DNA of 63,296 nucleotides, the filler included, from Octopus bimaculoides (Eukaryota): assembly GCF_001194135.2 (NCBI RefSeq). It is 6 parts of 4 records of this genome, joined end to end, with 100 filler letters (N's around TTAATTAATTAA, not from the genome) between each part and the next. Parts side by side here need not be neighbours in the genome. Positions count along the whole stretch, not along the records: positions 13,465 to 28,734 come from NC_069010.1; positions 28,835 to 40,204 come from NC_068984.1; 4 more parts are not named here. One strand, given 5' to 3'. The position numbers and the translations under genes are program-made. Below are positions 23,491 through 36,330 of the stretch, piece by piece. Position 1 is the first letter of the stretch, and each line of letters starts with the position of its first letter. The notes beneath the pieces were generated by a model. It saw only the letters and a program-made list of their open reading frames with translations. It was not told the origin of the DNA and ran no database searches.

Positions 23491-26134
23491 TTACAACTAC
23501 GAAGTTTTAAGTAAAACGAAAGCAAGTGCAGGTCGTATGAAGAGAGAGAGAAGTTGGGGAGTAGTATGAGTGAGAGAGAATACATATACAGAGTGATAAA
23601 GAGTGTGGTACATATATATAGAGAGAGAGAGGGGGGGAAGGTGTTAAAAAAAAAAACAGAGCATGGTGGGAATGGATAGGGAGCAGAAGGTTTGTCGACC
23701 TAAAAACTGAATACCTTGAGAGGCAGATTTTGAAAATTGAATTAGTTTACTCTGTGGAGTGCTCAGCCACTTGCACGTTTGTTAATTCCACGAGCAGGCT
23801 GTTCCGTTGATCGGATCAACTGGGACCCTCGACGTCGTAAGCGACGGAAGTGCCAACACACAACATTTAATACTTAGGCTATTTGTCTTCATCTTGCAGA
23901 GCAGAGGTATTACAGTTTCATTAGAGCCTCAAACATGAAGGCACTTCATGTTTGATGTTCTGATGAAGCTGTAAGGTGTTACTCAGGCACTTGACTATGA
24001 GCCTACTGCATTGTATTGCAGAAACAGCTGTAAGCTAATGCCGTTCATAACATTTATTCCTTTGTCATCACCTCTTTTCTTATATATATATTATAGGCAC
24101 AGGCATAGCTGCATAAGGATGTACTATTTTAGAGTCTTTCCGTGACATTTACATACATTACTCTTTACTCTTTTACTGGAGCACCGCCTTCGGTCGAAAG
24201 AATCGACCCCAGGACTTATTCTTTGTAAGCCTAGTACTTATTCTATCGGTCTCTTTTTGCACCGAACCGCTAAGTTACGGGGGACGTAAACACACCAGCC
24301 TCGGTTGTCAAGTAATGGTGGGGGGACAAACGCAGACACGCAAATACACATACATATATATATATATTTTATTATATGTATTTATTTTCTCTAAGTTAAT
24401 AATTAGCCCGGACAAAATAAATTGGTTAATAGATACCAGGGTAGCAAATATCACAAAATGACTGTGGTGTAACTCCTGTTTTATGAGGTAGAAACTCCTT
24501 GTTATTTTGGGTACTTGAGTAAATATATAAATTCAGTAAATGGAAATAAAAGAATTCATTTAACATATGCGTTTTACTCCATTTACTAAATTTATATATA
24601 TATGATGAAGGGGATGTTTCTATGTGGCCTGCTTGTTTGTTGCACCTTGTTTACCATTTTTGTCCTTGTTCTTTTGCCACGTCATGTACCCAGTTATGTA
24701 TCTATATGTACATGTGGATGAACGTATATACATACATGTACATATATATGCATATACTCATATATTGTTTATATATACGACGGGCTTCTTTCAGTTTCCG
24801 TCTACCAAATCCACTCACAAGGCTTTGGTCGGCCCGAGGCTATAGCAGAAGACACTTGCCCAAGGTGCCACACAGTGGGAATGAACCTGGAACTATGTGG
24901 TTGGTAAGCAAGCTACTTACCACACAGCCATTCCTGCGNNNNNNNNNNNNNNNNNNNNNNNNNNNNNNNNNNNNNNNNNNNNNNNNNNNNNNNNNNNNNN
25001 NNNNNNNNNNNNNNNNNNNNNNNNNNNNNNNNNNNNNNNNNNNNNNNNNNNNNNNNNNNNNNNNNNNNNNNNNNNNNNNNNNNNNNNNNNNNNNNNNNNN
25101 NNNNNNNNNNNNNNNNNNNNNNNNNNNNNNNNNNNNNNNNNNNNNNNTACATATATATATATATTTTATTATATGTATTTATTTTCTCTAAGTTAATAAT
25201 TAGCCCGGACAAAATAAATTGGTTAATAGATACCAGGGTAGCAAATATCACAAAATGACTGTGGTGTAACTCCTGTTTTATGAGGTAGAAACTCCTTGTT
25301 ATTTTGGGTACTTGAGTAAATATATAAATTCAGTAAATGGAAATAAAAGAATTCATTTAACATATGCGTTTTACTCCATTTACTAAATTTATATATATAT
25401 GATGAAGGGGATATTTCTATGTGGCCTGCTTGTTTGTTGCACCTTGTTTACCATTTTTGTCCTTGTTCTTTTGCCACGTCATGTACCCAGTTATGTATCT
25501 ATATGTACATGTGGATGAACGTATATACATACATGTACATATATATGCATATACTCATATATTGTTTATATATACGACGGGCTTCTTTCAGTTTCCGTCT
25601 ACCAAATCCACTCACAAGGCTTTGGTCGGCCCGAGGCTATAGCAGAAGACACTTGCCCAAGGTGCCACACAGTGGGAATGAACCTGGAACTATGTGGTTG
25701 GTAAGCAAGCTACTTACCACACAGCCATTCCTGCGACTATACATACACCGTTTTATATAGTATATACAGATGCACTAGACTGTGACCATCCTGGGACACC
25801 ACCATGAAGAATTTTTAGTAGCATGAAACAATCTTAGTAAGTATTCTCAAGTTTGGTACTTACTCTATTGTTCTCTTTTACTGAACTGCTAAGTTACAGG
25901 GACATAAGCACACTAGTTATCAAGTGGTGGTGGTGGAAACAAAGATACATACACATTGGGCTTCTTTCAGTTTCCATTTACCAAATCCAGTTATATGGCT
26001 TTTGGTCAGCCCGAGGCTATACTACATGACACTTGCCCAAGGTGTCATATTGAGGGACTGAACCTGAAACCATGTGGTTAGCAAACAAGCTCCTTATGCA
26101 GTTATGCCTGTGCCTATAATATATATATAAGAAA

Positions 26135-26397
26135 AGAGGTTCTCGGAGAGATTCAGCGTGACACAAAGTGTGACAAGGCTGACCCCTTTGAATTACAGGC
26201 ACAACAGAAACAGGAAGTAAGAGTGAGAGAAAGTTGTGGTGGAAGAGTACAGCAGGGGTTCGCCACCATCCCCTGCTGGAGCCTCGTGGAGCTTTAGGTG
26301 TTTTCGCTCAATAAACACTCACAACGCCCGGTCTGGGAATCGAAACCGCGATCCTATGACCGCGAGTCCGCTGCCCTAACCACTGGGCCATTGCGCC
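26135..26397 (-). mobile_element. tRNA-derived SINE, family C, with intact A and B boxes
   Basis: Minus strand begins GGCGCAATGGCCCAGTGGTTAGGGCAGCGGACTCGCGG...GGTTTCGATTCCC. Related segments at about 12400-12525, 16680-16790, 23745-23860, 28640-28734, 51265-51480 and 53520-53690. Confidence 0.85.
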
Positions 26398-27079
26398 TCC
26401 ACATTAGATGTATTTGTGTGTATAGACACACAAAGGCACATTTGGTTAACCAACCCAAAGCTGTGGGATCAATTCCTAGACAGGGTAGCTTAAACCGGGC
26501 ACTTCATATCACACTGCTCCAGTGCAAGTGGCAAAGGTGCTGCATCAGCCTCCTTAAGCCCATCCTTGATGTGCCACTGAATCAAGGGCAAGAAAGGGCT
26601 ACCGAGAAGGTAGCAATGTCTGCTTGTGAGTACATGGGTACTTTAAACCTTTAGCAAAAGAATGGTACTCATCTCCAAGTACCAACTGGCTTCTACTGTA
26701 TTTTATAGACACAAGGTGGAGTGAAACAAAAGCAAGACTTAATACTGTACCTGACTTCTGAGTCCATATATCTGTCTATCCTGCACACTACTCCTAGCAG
26801 GGGTGAGTCCCCAGGCACCTTGTCAATAGGGTGCTATCAGAAGCGATTGCCATTAGACTTTTTGGCTAACATGACCAACTGAGACTATGGGCATTATACA
26901 ACCATCATTTTCTTGGCCTACGCAAGGGTCTCTTGCCAGTTGGGTTGGCTTGAAGAATGTCTGATCTTTGCATGCCTCTATCTTCTCCACCTGTTTACTT
27001 GAGGGAGGGTCATGGGAGTAGAGTCCTAAACCTAACCCCCATCCCATTGTAGTAACAATTTTTACCAGGCTTCCACCTT

Positions 27080-27397
27080 AATAATAAATTTCAAATTTTG
27101 GCACAAGGCCAGCAATTTCAGGAAGGGAGGGGAGTTAAGTTGATTATATTGACTCCAGTGGTTAGCTGGTACCCAGTGGAATTTGAACCCGGAACGTAAA
27201 GACAGATGAAATACTGCTTAAGCATTTTGCCTAGCATGCTAACAATTCTGCCAGTTCACCATAATAATAATAATAATAATAATCCTTTCTACTAAAGGTA
27301 CAAGCTGACCTTGGTGGAATTTGAACCCAGAACATAGCGGCAAATGAAATACTACTAAACATTCTGTCCGGTGTGCCAACAATTCTGCCAGCTCACC

Positions 27398-27437
<40 letters not shown>

Positions 27438-27660
27438 TGATGATGATGATGATGATGATAATAATCCTTTCTACTAAAGGTACAAGGCCTGAAATTTGGG
27501 GGGGAGGGAGGGTTAGTCGATTACATTAACCCCAATTGTTCAACTGGTACTTAATTTATCGACCCCAAATGGATGAAAGGCATAGCTGACTTTGGTGGAA
27601 TTTGAACTCAGAACATAGCAGCAAATGAAATACTAGTAAGCATTCTGCCAGTTCACCAAC
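27080..27660 (-). mobile_element. Cluster of family-B SINE fragments separated by (AAT)n
   Basis: Three fragments sharing GGAATTTGAAC.C.GAAC.TA...GAAATAC..CTAAGCATT.TG.C, interleaved with (AAT)n/(GAT)n tracts. Confidence 0.8.
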
Positions 27661-28734
27661 TTTACTAATAATAATAACAACAACAACAATAATTGTTATT
27701 TCTTCTAATTTAGGCATGTGAGCAGCAATTTTTCAAGGAAGAAGTTAGTCGATACCGTCACCCCTCAGTATTTGATTGGTATTATGTTCTACTGACCCTG
27801 GGAGGATAAAAAGTAAAAGCCGACCCTAGTAGGATTTGAACTCAGAATCTAAAGAACCCGAACAAATACTGCAAAGTGTTGTCCAATGCTTTAATGATTA
27901 TGCCAAACTACCACCTCCACGTTAGGCTAGAGCGAATGAGTGAGCCTCCTCAATGTGGTCACTCGACATGCTAGAAATAGCAGCCAACTAGACCTCATAG
28001 CATACCCATCCTGTTAGAAAAGGCTACATTGGATAACATGGCCCTGGGATCCTTATACTATAGGTGAAAGATGGGATGGGCAAGGCTGGAGTGTCTTTGC
28101 CCCATCAAAGGCTGACATGACTAAACACCACCAATGAGAATATATATTTACAGAACAAAACAGCCTCTACATAGCAACTGGATTTGCTGGAAATAGCAGC
28201 CCCTCCTCATCAAACCACAAATCTCATCGTATGTGTGACTTTTCGATGGGATGGTCACAACTGGAGTGCCCTTTGATCATGGTTCTACTGTTCCAGCAGG
28301 GCTAACTGAGCCAAACAATACAAAAAAATAAAAAATAAATAAAATAAAGTTGACCCACTTTCATTCATTGAGGGGTTTTTTTTTTATAGTTTGGGGTGTC
28401 TTAATTTGAGAGAATTTAGCTATTTCTAAAGGGTCTAGGTTCGTGCTTATATACATACTTTGGCGTTTCTTCGGTATTGGTTTAATGAGTGTTGGTGTGA
28501 GGAGACGACGTCATTCACTTTCTTTATCTATGCCATGAGGGAAGGATGCGTTGGTGAACGATGTTGTCGATCAATACCGAAGGATTGCCCATACTCTTAT
28601 ATACATTTTTGGAATCGGATCTCGAAGCACATATAGCGCCTGACTGTCGGTTACGACGAGTGTTCCAGTTGATCCGATAAACAAAACAGCCTGCTTGTGA
28701 AATTAACGTGCAAGTGGCTGAGTACTCCACAGAC

Positions 28735-28834
28735 NNNNNNNNNNNNNNNNNNNNNNNNNNNNNNNNNNNNNNNNNNNNTTAATTAATTAANNNNNNNNNN
28801 NNNNNNNNNNNNNNNNNNNNNNNNNNNNNNNNNN
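28735..28834. other. Scaffold-join gap with TTAATTAATTAA linker
   Basis: 44 N + linker + 44 N. Confidence 0.95.
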
Positions 28835-29222
28835 TAGCAAAATGTGGAATCTGAAGACGAAAACAATACCTATTGTCATAGGTGCCCTGGGAATGACAGC
28901 GAAACGGGCTGATTACTACCTAGATCAGATTCCAGGAAACCCCAAAATGGCTGAAGTTCAAAAGATAGTGCTCATGGGAACTGCCCATATCCTACGTAAA
29001 ATACTGTCTATGTGATCTCAAATTTTAAAGCAAACACATAATTTTCTTATGGTTTCTTAAACATTCACTTGAACAAAACTGTACAAATCCAAATATATGG
29101 TACCCTAGGCATAACACCTACATGAACTTCTAACTTGTTGTCTCTTGAGGTCTCTGGGTGAGACTTGGATCCAACTTGTACAAATGCAAAACAAAAGTCA
29201 AACATAAAATAATGATAATAAT
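28835..29222 (+). mobile_element. Dong/R4-clade LINE 3' end
   Basis: Reads KMWNLKTKTIPIVIGALGMTAKRADYYLDQIPGNPKMAEVQKIVLMGTAHILRKILSM*, followed by a 3' UTR and a TAA-type tail at about 29207-29222. Confidence 0.85.
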
Positions 29223-29224
29223 AA

Positions 29225-30283
29225 AGGTGGACGTGGTCTGAGTGCATCAACAGTAAAAGAAGAAACAATGGAAAATATTTGGTAACTAGCAAACAAGACC
29301 TGCTACAGTGTGCTGCTAATGCAGAAGGATTTACCAAAAACGAACTTGAGACCGCTCATGAATTCCGATCGAGAACAGCCAACGAGAAAGAAGAAACCTT
29401 ACTCCGTATGAAATTACACGGTTAGTTCCACCGTGAAACTAACAACTTAAAAGATCAGGAAGCACCATGGAGGTGGCTCAGTAAAGGTGGCCTAAAAAAG
29501 AAGACTGAAAGCCTAGTCATCGCTGCCCAGGATCAAGCATTGAATACCACCTCAATGAAAAGGGATATGTACCTTACAAATGCAACAAACTTCTGCAGAA
29601 TATGAGGGAAGAGGGTCGAAAGTGTGACTCACATTGTTAGTGCTTGTGAAAGTCTTGCACAGAAAGAGTACAAGCGTAAACACGACAAAGTAGCCTAAAA
29701 CATTCACTAGCTACTATGCCAGAAGTATGGATACGTGGTAACGGGTGCTTGGTACCAGCATACACCGGAAAAGGTAATGGATGAAAATGGAAGGCAAAAA
29801 TCCTGCGGGACTTTGACTCCCAGACAGACAAGGTATTAAAGTACCGAAGACAGGATATAGTAACTTTTAGGAGAGACAAACAAGAGTGACTAATTATCGG
29901 CGTGGGAGGGCCAGGAGATCAACATATTACCATGAAAGAAAGAGAAAAGATTGATAAATATGGAGACCTAAGAATTGAGATCGCCAAGATGTGGCAGCTA
30001 CGACAGTCAAACATAAAGGTTATCCCTATCGTTATCGGAACACTGGGTTCAATACCACTCAACCTGAAAAAACATCTGGAAACTTTAGAAATACCCTACA
30101 ATCTAGGTGTATTACAAAAATCGGCATTACTTGGAAATGCACGCATATTGCGTAAATTACTGTCTGTCTGAGGTCTTTGTTGTGACTTGACAGACAATAC
30201 AAACCCCTGGTAGACACAATATCTTCAATCAACAACATCACGGTATTGGATATTGTGTGACGTCTTAAATAATAATAATAATA
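29225..30283 (+). mobile_element. Dong/R4-clade LINE 3' fragment (zinc knuckle + restriction-like endonuclease)
   Basis: C..C...ESVTHIVSACESLAQKEYK..HDKVA, WYQHTPEKV, a D..IV region, and KEREKIDKYGDLRIEIAKMW...VIPIVIGTLG...QKSALLGNARILRK; ends in (AAT)n. Confidence 0.85.
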
Positions 30284-30289
30284 CGAACA

Positions 30290-31625
30290 TTACCTTATGA
30301 GAGACATGAGTTTACGCAGAAACTCTAGTGATAACAGCGTAAATGAGACTGGATCTTTAAGGGAAAAGCCTCTCGCTCGGCAGTGGTTCAGTACAGATGC
30401 AGGCTGACTTCAGTCGTTCTTCTAAGACAGCGTCAACGCATAATAGAGTAATGAGAAAGAAATGGGAAAATGAAGAGAATACGATTGTGACTCCAAAGTA
30501 AGAGGTTATAGAAAACGTATGTCAGCACTTTGGTTAAAGAAAAGTATGTTTGATATAAGAGAGCAGAGACTAGCAGACCAGGCTCGTGTTATTAGGTGAA
30601 ATAAGTGAATGACAGAATTGGCGGTAGACGATCAGTATCAACTGAATAGAATGTTTGAGACAGACCGGAGGAGAGTCTATCGCCAAATAAATAGTGTAGA
30701 AAAAGCTACTGAAGATGAGAAGCTTAATGCGGAAGAAGCTAGAAAGTACTGGAGTGATATTTGGGATAAACCAGTTAATCATAATCGGGATAAAGCATGG
30801 TTAAAGAAATTGAGGGAAGAAGTAGTTAGTTTGAAGCAACTAGATCGAAAAATAACTAGTGTATTTAGGAGTAAAGTGTTAGGAACAATGTCAAATTGGG
30901 AGAGCCCTGGACCAGATTTAGTTCAAGGATATTGGTAAAAGAAATTTAGTAGCTTACATGAGAGACGGAGGGGGCAACTTCAAGATTGCCTGTATGGAGG
31001 AGTCGTACCTAAATGGATGACTAGAGGGAAAACAGTACTCCTTATGAAAGATAAAAGCAAGAGCAATATAGCTAGTAATTATGGACTAATCACTTGCTTA
31101 CCATTGTTGAGGAAGCTGTTAACAGAAATGCTCTCAGAAAGCATTTATGAGCACCTTGGCAGCCAGAATTTAGTTCCAGGAGAACAGAAAGTTGTGAGAG
31201 GAAGGCTAGAGGAACGCAAGCAGTTCTAAAAGAAGTGAAATCTAGAAAAGAAGAATTTAACAATAGCCTGGACAGATTACAAGAAACCCTATGGCATGAT
31301 TCTACACTCATGCCATAGTGTATGCTTGAGAATATTCAGTATTGCAGACAACTTAAGAGTGTTAATAAGCTATAACGTAAAGAAATGGAAAGTAGATCTC
31401 TAATTATGTGATAGTCTTAGGGTAAGTTAAAATCAAAGAGAGGAATTTTCTATGGAGACTCTTTATCCTCTTTAATATTTGTATTTTTTTAAATCACCCT
31501 CGGTTCCTAAAGATTTGAACAGCTAAATATAAGAAATAGGCATAAAACCTAGTTTAGTGCAGCTCCATAAAACAATATTACTAGGGACAGCTAGGATATT
31601 TAGGAAGGCTCTTGGCATCCAACGT
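30290..31625 (+). mobile_element. Dong/R4-clade LINE fragment (RT N-terminal part, internally deleted, plus C-terminus)
   Basis: MSNWESPGPDLVQGYW, WMTRGKTVLLMKD...SNY..ITCLPLL.KLLT, then a jump to EIGIKPSLVQLHKTILLGTARIFRKALG. Confidence 0.82.
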
Positions 31626-32866
31626 TACTTTGTAGCCGATATTAGGAATATTTTCCAACGGTCTAATCTGCTGAAAGGATGAAAGGCAAAGTCGATCCCA
31701 GCGGAATTTGAACTCAAATAGTGAAGAGCCGGTGAGTATTTTGTTCGACGCGCTAACGATCCTGCACCGCCGTATAACAACAAAAGCAACCACAACAGTA
31801 TCAGCAATAATACTTATGTTGACTTTTGTAATCGCCACAGGAGCCTCGAAAATACTTATCACTTTATGATATGATATATATATATCTGGAATGGCTAAGC
31901 TTTCAATAAAGTAGTCATCTTTATTTATCTATTCATTTATTTATCTTTATTTTGTCGTGCACGAACGTTATTTAGTTTACAAATTATAGACAGTCAGGTG
32001 GGTAGTATGTTCATTTGGCAAAGCCTTTGTTACAATGTAACTTCCTTTCCATAAGTGATTTTCACTGGGTGTACTCGTACACACAAAGCTAAACAGGTAA
32101 CACTTTAACAGGCGCACAGTGTAAAAAGGCATTGTAACTTTTAAACGGAAGGTATAAGTCATCAAAGGTGTCCCTTTTCTAACACTCACCACTTCAAAGG
32201 AAACCGATGCTGCTGTTTGAGAAATGATAGGTTTGTTTTGCTCCGATGACCTTTATTTAGCACCAACCGAACAGAAAGATATTCAGAACAAAAAAGATTT
32301 TAATTAGTGAAATGTATTAAATCACTGTTTGAATTGAATGGAGAATGCGTTAATGACAACTTGCTTGCTATACCGCAGCCCACCCCCAACAGCTCAAAAA
32401 CGGGACAAATTATATAAAGCATTTTGTATAATTCCTATAAAATTTTGCTGACATCTCATAGCTATTGACAATTATTTGTGTCATTTTGATGTATGTTGAC
32501 AACATTAAAGATTGTGTATCATATCATTAGTGAAAACTTGACTCTAGATTTTGTTGCATGGTGCGGAACTTTGTGATGCAATGTTTTATAGAGCCCTAAG
32601 AATAGTGGAAAAAAATTCACTATCACCACACGCATAATGGGACCCCTGAGATACTGGTCGTAAATAAAATGAGAAAAGGACGTTTGATCCACTCTTAAAA
32701 GCGGACACACTCATTCAAGAGATAATAAACCGCGCGTCAAACAGCTTCTCTTTTTACCGTCGGTGTTTAATAGGATTTATAGAAAAAGAGGACGACACTT
32801 TCGACAGGTTTCCGAAAGATGATGTATAGGGGAGTCTTTTTGGTCTAGTGGATAAGGCATTAGGAC

Positions 32867-33140
32867 AGTGGTTCTCAAACCGTGCGCCGCAAGTTGTAAT
32901 TGGGTGCGCTTCAAAAAAGTAAGATTATATTTCAAAATATGTAAATACAAACCGAAATTCACTAGAAAGTTCATATATAAATGTCAAAGTGGCAAAAGAA
33001 CTAAATACTAAGTTCTACATTTAGAGTGAGAAGTGGTTGTGTCATTCAATTCATTTAGGCTAAATATGGTATGACAGTGTTATTCAATTTTGAATCTGAA
33101 ATTTCATAAGAACTAAATTAGCATCAAAAAATATATCTCA
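32867..33140. mobile_element. Possible hAT-type non-autonomous fragment
   Basis: Begins CAGTGGTTCTCAAAC, a typical hAT/Charlie-like terminus; similar termini occur near 21513-21535 and 52360-52400. The other end was not established. Confidence 0.4.
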
Positions 33141-33314
33141 TTGAAGTATATGGTGATAGTTCAGAGAACATAACAGATAATTGACGAAAGATTGATGTAA
33201 TTCTCAGTTCAAATCCAACTTAAACAAAATATGATTTGAAGTCTTGGCTTAGTGATTAGGGTTTACACTCACGATCTCAAGATCGTTGTTTCGATTCCCT
33301 TCTACATAATTTCA

Positions 33315-33830
33315 TCGTATGTAGTGGTATTCTAGTGTTGTTGCATGGGAGTGTAATGGCATAATAATGTGGTAGTATTATTGTGTGCCGATATCATAGT
33401 ACAATCACACAGAATGGTAGTGGTATCGTAGTGTTGTAACATTTAGTAATGTGGCATTCTAATGGAAGGGCAATGTAATGTACTGACAGCCGCATCGTTT
33501 CGTAATGACATTACAGTGTAGTGCTGTAGCTTCTTGATGTAGTGGTATTGTAGTGTATTGTCATGGTTGTGTAGTAGCCTCGCAGTGTAGGGATATTGTA
33601 GTGATATCACGGCTTCCTAGTTTTGTGACATCACAATACTGGGGCGGAGTGCACTAATGTCGTATATAGTGACGTTATGTTGTAGTATAATGATATTGTA
33701 TTGAAATGATATTGTAGTGTAGTAGCCTCGTGGCATAGTGGTATCATAGTGTACAGTCATCGTAATGCAGAGGTATCATATGGTAGTGACAGAGTAGTTT
33801 ACTGGCATAGTGGTGCAGTGGTGGTGGAGA
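33315..33830. repeat. Cryptic pentanucleotide satellite (GTAGT/GTGGT/ATTGT/ATCGT variants)
   Basis: A 5-bp register persists through heavy divergence, e.g. GTAGT GGTAT TGTAG TGTAT TGT. Confidence 0.7.
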
Positions 33831-34974
33831 GCATGATCATATATCGAACCATGATGACAACTTTGTTCGACTGCCAGTTACAAAACAGGCTTTTATTCAT
33901 GTCATTAATTTGAGGAATGTATGAAGGCCACAACTTTTCTTTCTCGTTATCTAATACAATCTTACCTACGTAATGACAACGATTAGGATGTCTTCCCGAG
34001 AATTAGATCCATAGAATTCAGATGTACATATTCAATAAATGTCTTGATACTAAAATGTAAGAAAGAAAAGGAGATATAGAGCACGAAGAAGAAAGAGGAG
34101 TGGAGAGGAAAGAGTCAAGGGATAACAGCTTTGACAAAGATAACAATGTTAAGCTTTTAACAATAAAATATTTCGTTTTCTCAATATAAAAGTGGGTTCA
34201 TTCCATGTTTATTAAAACTTCTTACTGGAGAATAAATTGGAATTGTGTGGAACAGGGTATAGCTACAAGTGTAACACTGTAACTATAACAGTTTCACTTA
34301 TAGTAATAATAATCCTTTGGTACAGTTTAGTGTAAACAATTCCAGTTATAGTAAGTAATATTTGGAATGAAAAGTGCATCGGTAGCACAGTAGGCAGCGC
34401 ATCACTCACATTATGAAACGAGGTCTGCGCAGGGATCTGAAGGTTGTGAGTTGATCCTACCTGCGCACGTTACTTTTATTAAGGCAGCGAGCTAGCAGAA
34501 TCGTTAACACGCCGGGCAAAATGCAATTCATCTGTCTTTTCGTTCAAATTCCGCCGGAGGACGACTTCGCCTTTTATTCTTTCGAGGTCGATAAAATAAA
34601 TACCAGTTAAACATTGGGGTCGATGTAATCGACTTACCTCTACCCTAAAATTGCTGGCCTTTTGCCAACATTTGAAACCAATGTTTAGGACGAAAGGAGG
34701 TCGTTAGTAGTAATGGCGGTCACAATAATGTTGTCGTCGTTGTTAATGCCAATAAGCGTTGCTACTAATGACAGTTTGTTGGTTTTGTTATTATTCCCAA
34801 TGCTATTATTTTTATTGTCACATTTTGTTCCAACTACTTGAAGTAAAGACATCCTTTCATGCTTCCTCTCAAAGTACTACAAAATTGTATCAACACATAA
34901 TAAACGAGGCAATGAATAAAGTTCTATACGGTCACTAGACCTACTACTCTCTTATCTACATGTACTTGAAATTA

Positions 34975-35335
34975 CTTATCATTGGTAGAGTCAAGTGTTT
35001 TTTCTCAAAAAAGGAACTGACTCGTATAGCCCGAATGAATCCACTGGAACAATCCACCTCTTTCCGTCGGTTCTTTCCTTACAGATCATTAATCGCGCAG
35101 GAGTATTACATTGCTCACATGAAGCTGTGTTGACTGTCATGCGTCGACGTGCAAGCCACCAAATTGCTTTCTCAGTAATGTTCATTGATGGTTATAGAAC
35201 GCTGGAACAGTGTACTTCAGCTGCTATTTCAGAAATGCTAAAATGCATTACTAGAATGTAATATACGTTGTGGTGTCTGTGGCATGAAATTCTTGTATGA
35301 CACTGTCGTCACTTCCGGTTTCTATCGCCGTTTAC
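34975..35335 (-). mobile_element. Merlin (ISXO2/IS1595-like) transposase 5' remnant
   Basis: EKAIWWLARRRM..NTASCEQCNTPARL....RTDGKRW, then after a frameshift CSSGFIRAIRVSSFFEKKHLTL, matching the Merlin N-terminal zinc ribbon C..C...DG..W.C and SIR.GSFF...HL.L. Confidence 0.7.
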
Positions 35336-35551
35336 TTTTCCATTTTTTAAGGACAATTTACTCAATTGACAGTGTTAAATATATTCTTTTTATTTGACAA
35401 TTGCTTTATGAAGTATAAATAAACATATAAACATATCAATCGAAGAGGCCTTTCGAAGATGACGGGTGCTGTGCCTCAACCTCTGACTATCTTACTAAAA
35501 AACAAAAACAAAAACAAACAAAACACAACCCCCTCCCCACAAGTTAGCTAC

Positions 35552-35772
35552 TAATAGTCTTTTCTACTCTAAGAACAAGGTCTGATATTTTGGGAGAGGG
35601 GGGGCCAGTCGATTAGATCGACCTCAGTATGCAACTGGTACTTAATTTATCGACCCCGAAAGGGTGAAAGGCAAAGTAGACTTCGGCGGAATTTGAACTC
35701 AGAACGTAAAGATAAATGAAATACCGCTAAGCATTTCGCCTGGCGTGCTAACGTTTCTGCCAGCTTACCGCC
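35552..35772 (-). mobile_element. tRNA-derived SINE, family B
   Basis: Head GGCGG..AGCTGGCAGAA.CGTTAGCACGCC, central GTC.ACTTTGCCTTTCA.CCTTTCGGGGTCGATAAATTAAGTACCAG. Copies at 5200-5350, 13828-14110, 31660-31775, 34483-34680, 37546-37757, 50480-50660, 52059-52266, 54345-54600 and 60010-60229. Confidence 0.88.
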
Positions 35773-35774
35773 TT

Positions 35775-35909
35775 CGTAGTACGTGTGTATGTATGTATGT
35801 ATGTATGTATGTATGTATGTATGTATGAAAGGATGTATTATGTATGTATGTATGTATGTATGTATGTATGTATGTATGTATCTATCTATCTATCTATCTA
35901 ACTCTTTCT

Positions 35910-35940
<31 letters not shown>

Positions 35941-36126
35941 TACACACACACACACACACAGATATGTAGATAGATATATACATGCACATATATGTGTGAG
36001 GGTGTGTATGTGCGTGCAGGCATAGATGTATATATGCTGGTATATATAGCAGCATATTAATGCACCTATAAATTTAGTAAGATATATACGGTAGCGTAAA
36101 ATATTTAGTGGACATACATACGCACA

Positions 36127-36169
<43 letters not shown>

Positions 36170-36247
36170 CACGTTCACACAAGTACGCTAACACAGGTAG
36201 GCTCACACAAGCACGCACTCTCCCTAATATATGTATGTATGTATGTG

Positions 36248-36317
<70 letters not shown>

Positions 36318-36330
36318 TTTGTGTGTGTGT
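35775..36330. repeat. Compound microsatellite field (TATG, TATC, TC, CA, TG)
   Basis: Directly visible. Confidence 0.92.

Noticed and set aside
26325-26397. tRNA-like sequence with A and B boxes
   Set aside because: There is no acceptor-stem closure and it continues into a dispersed repeat body; it is a SINE head, not a tRNA gene.
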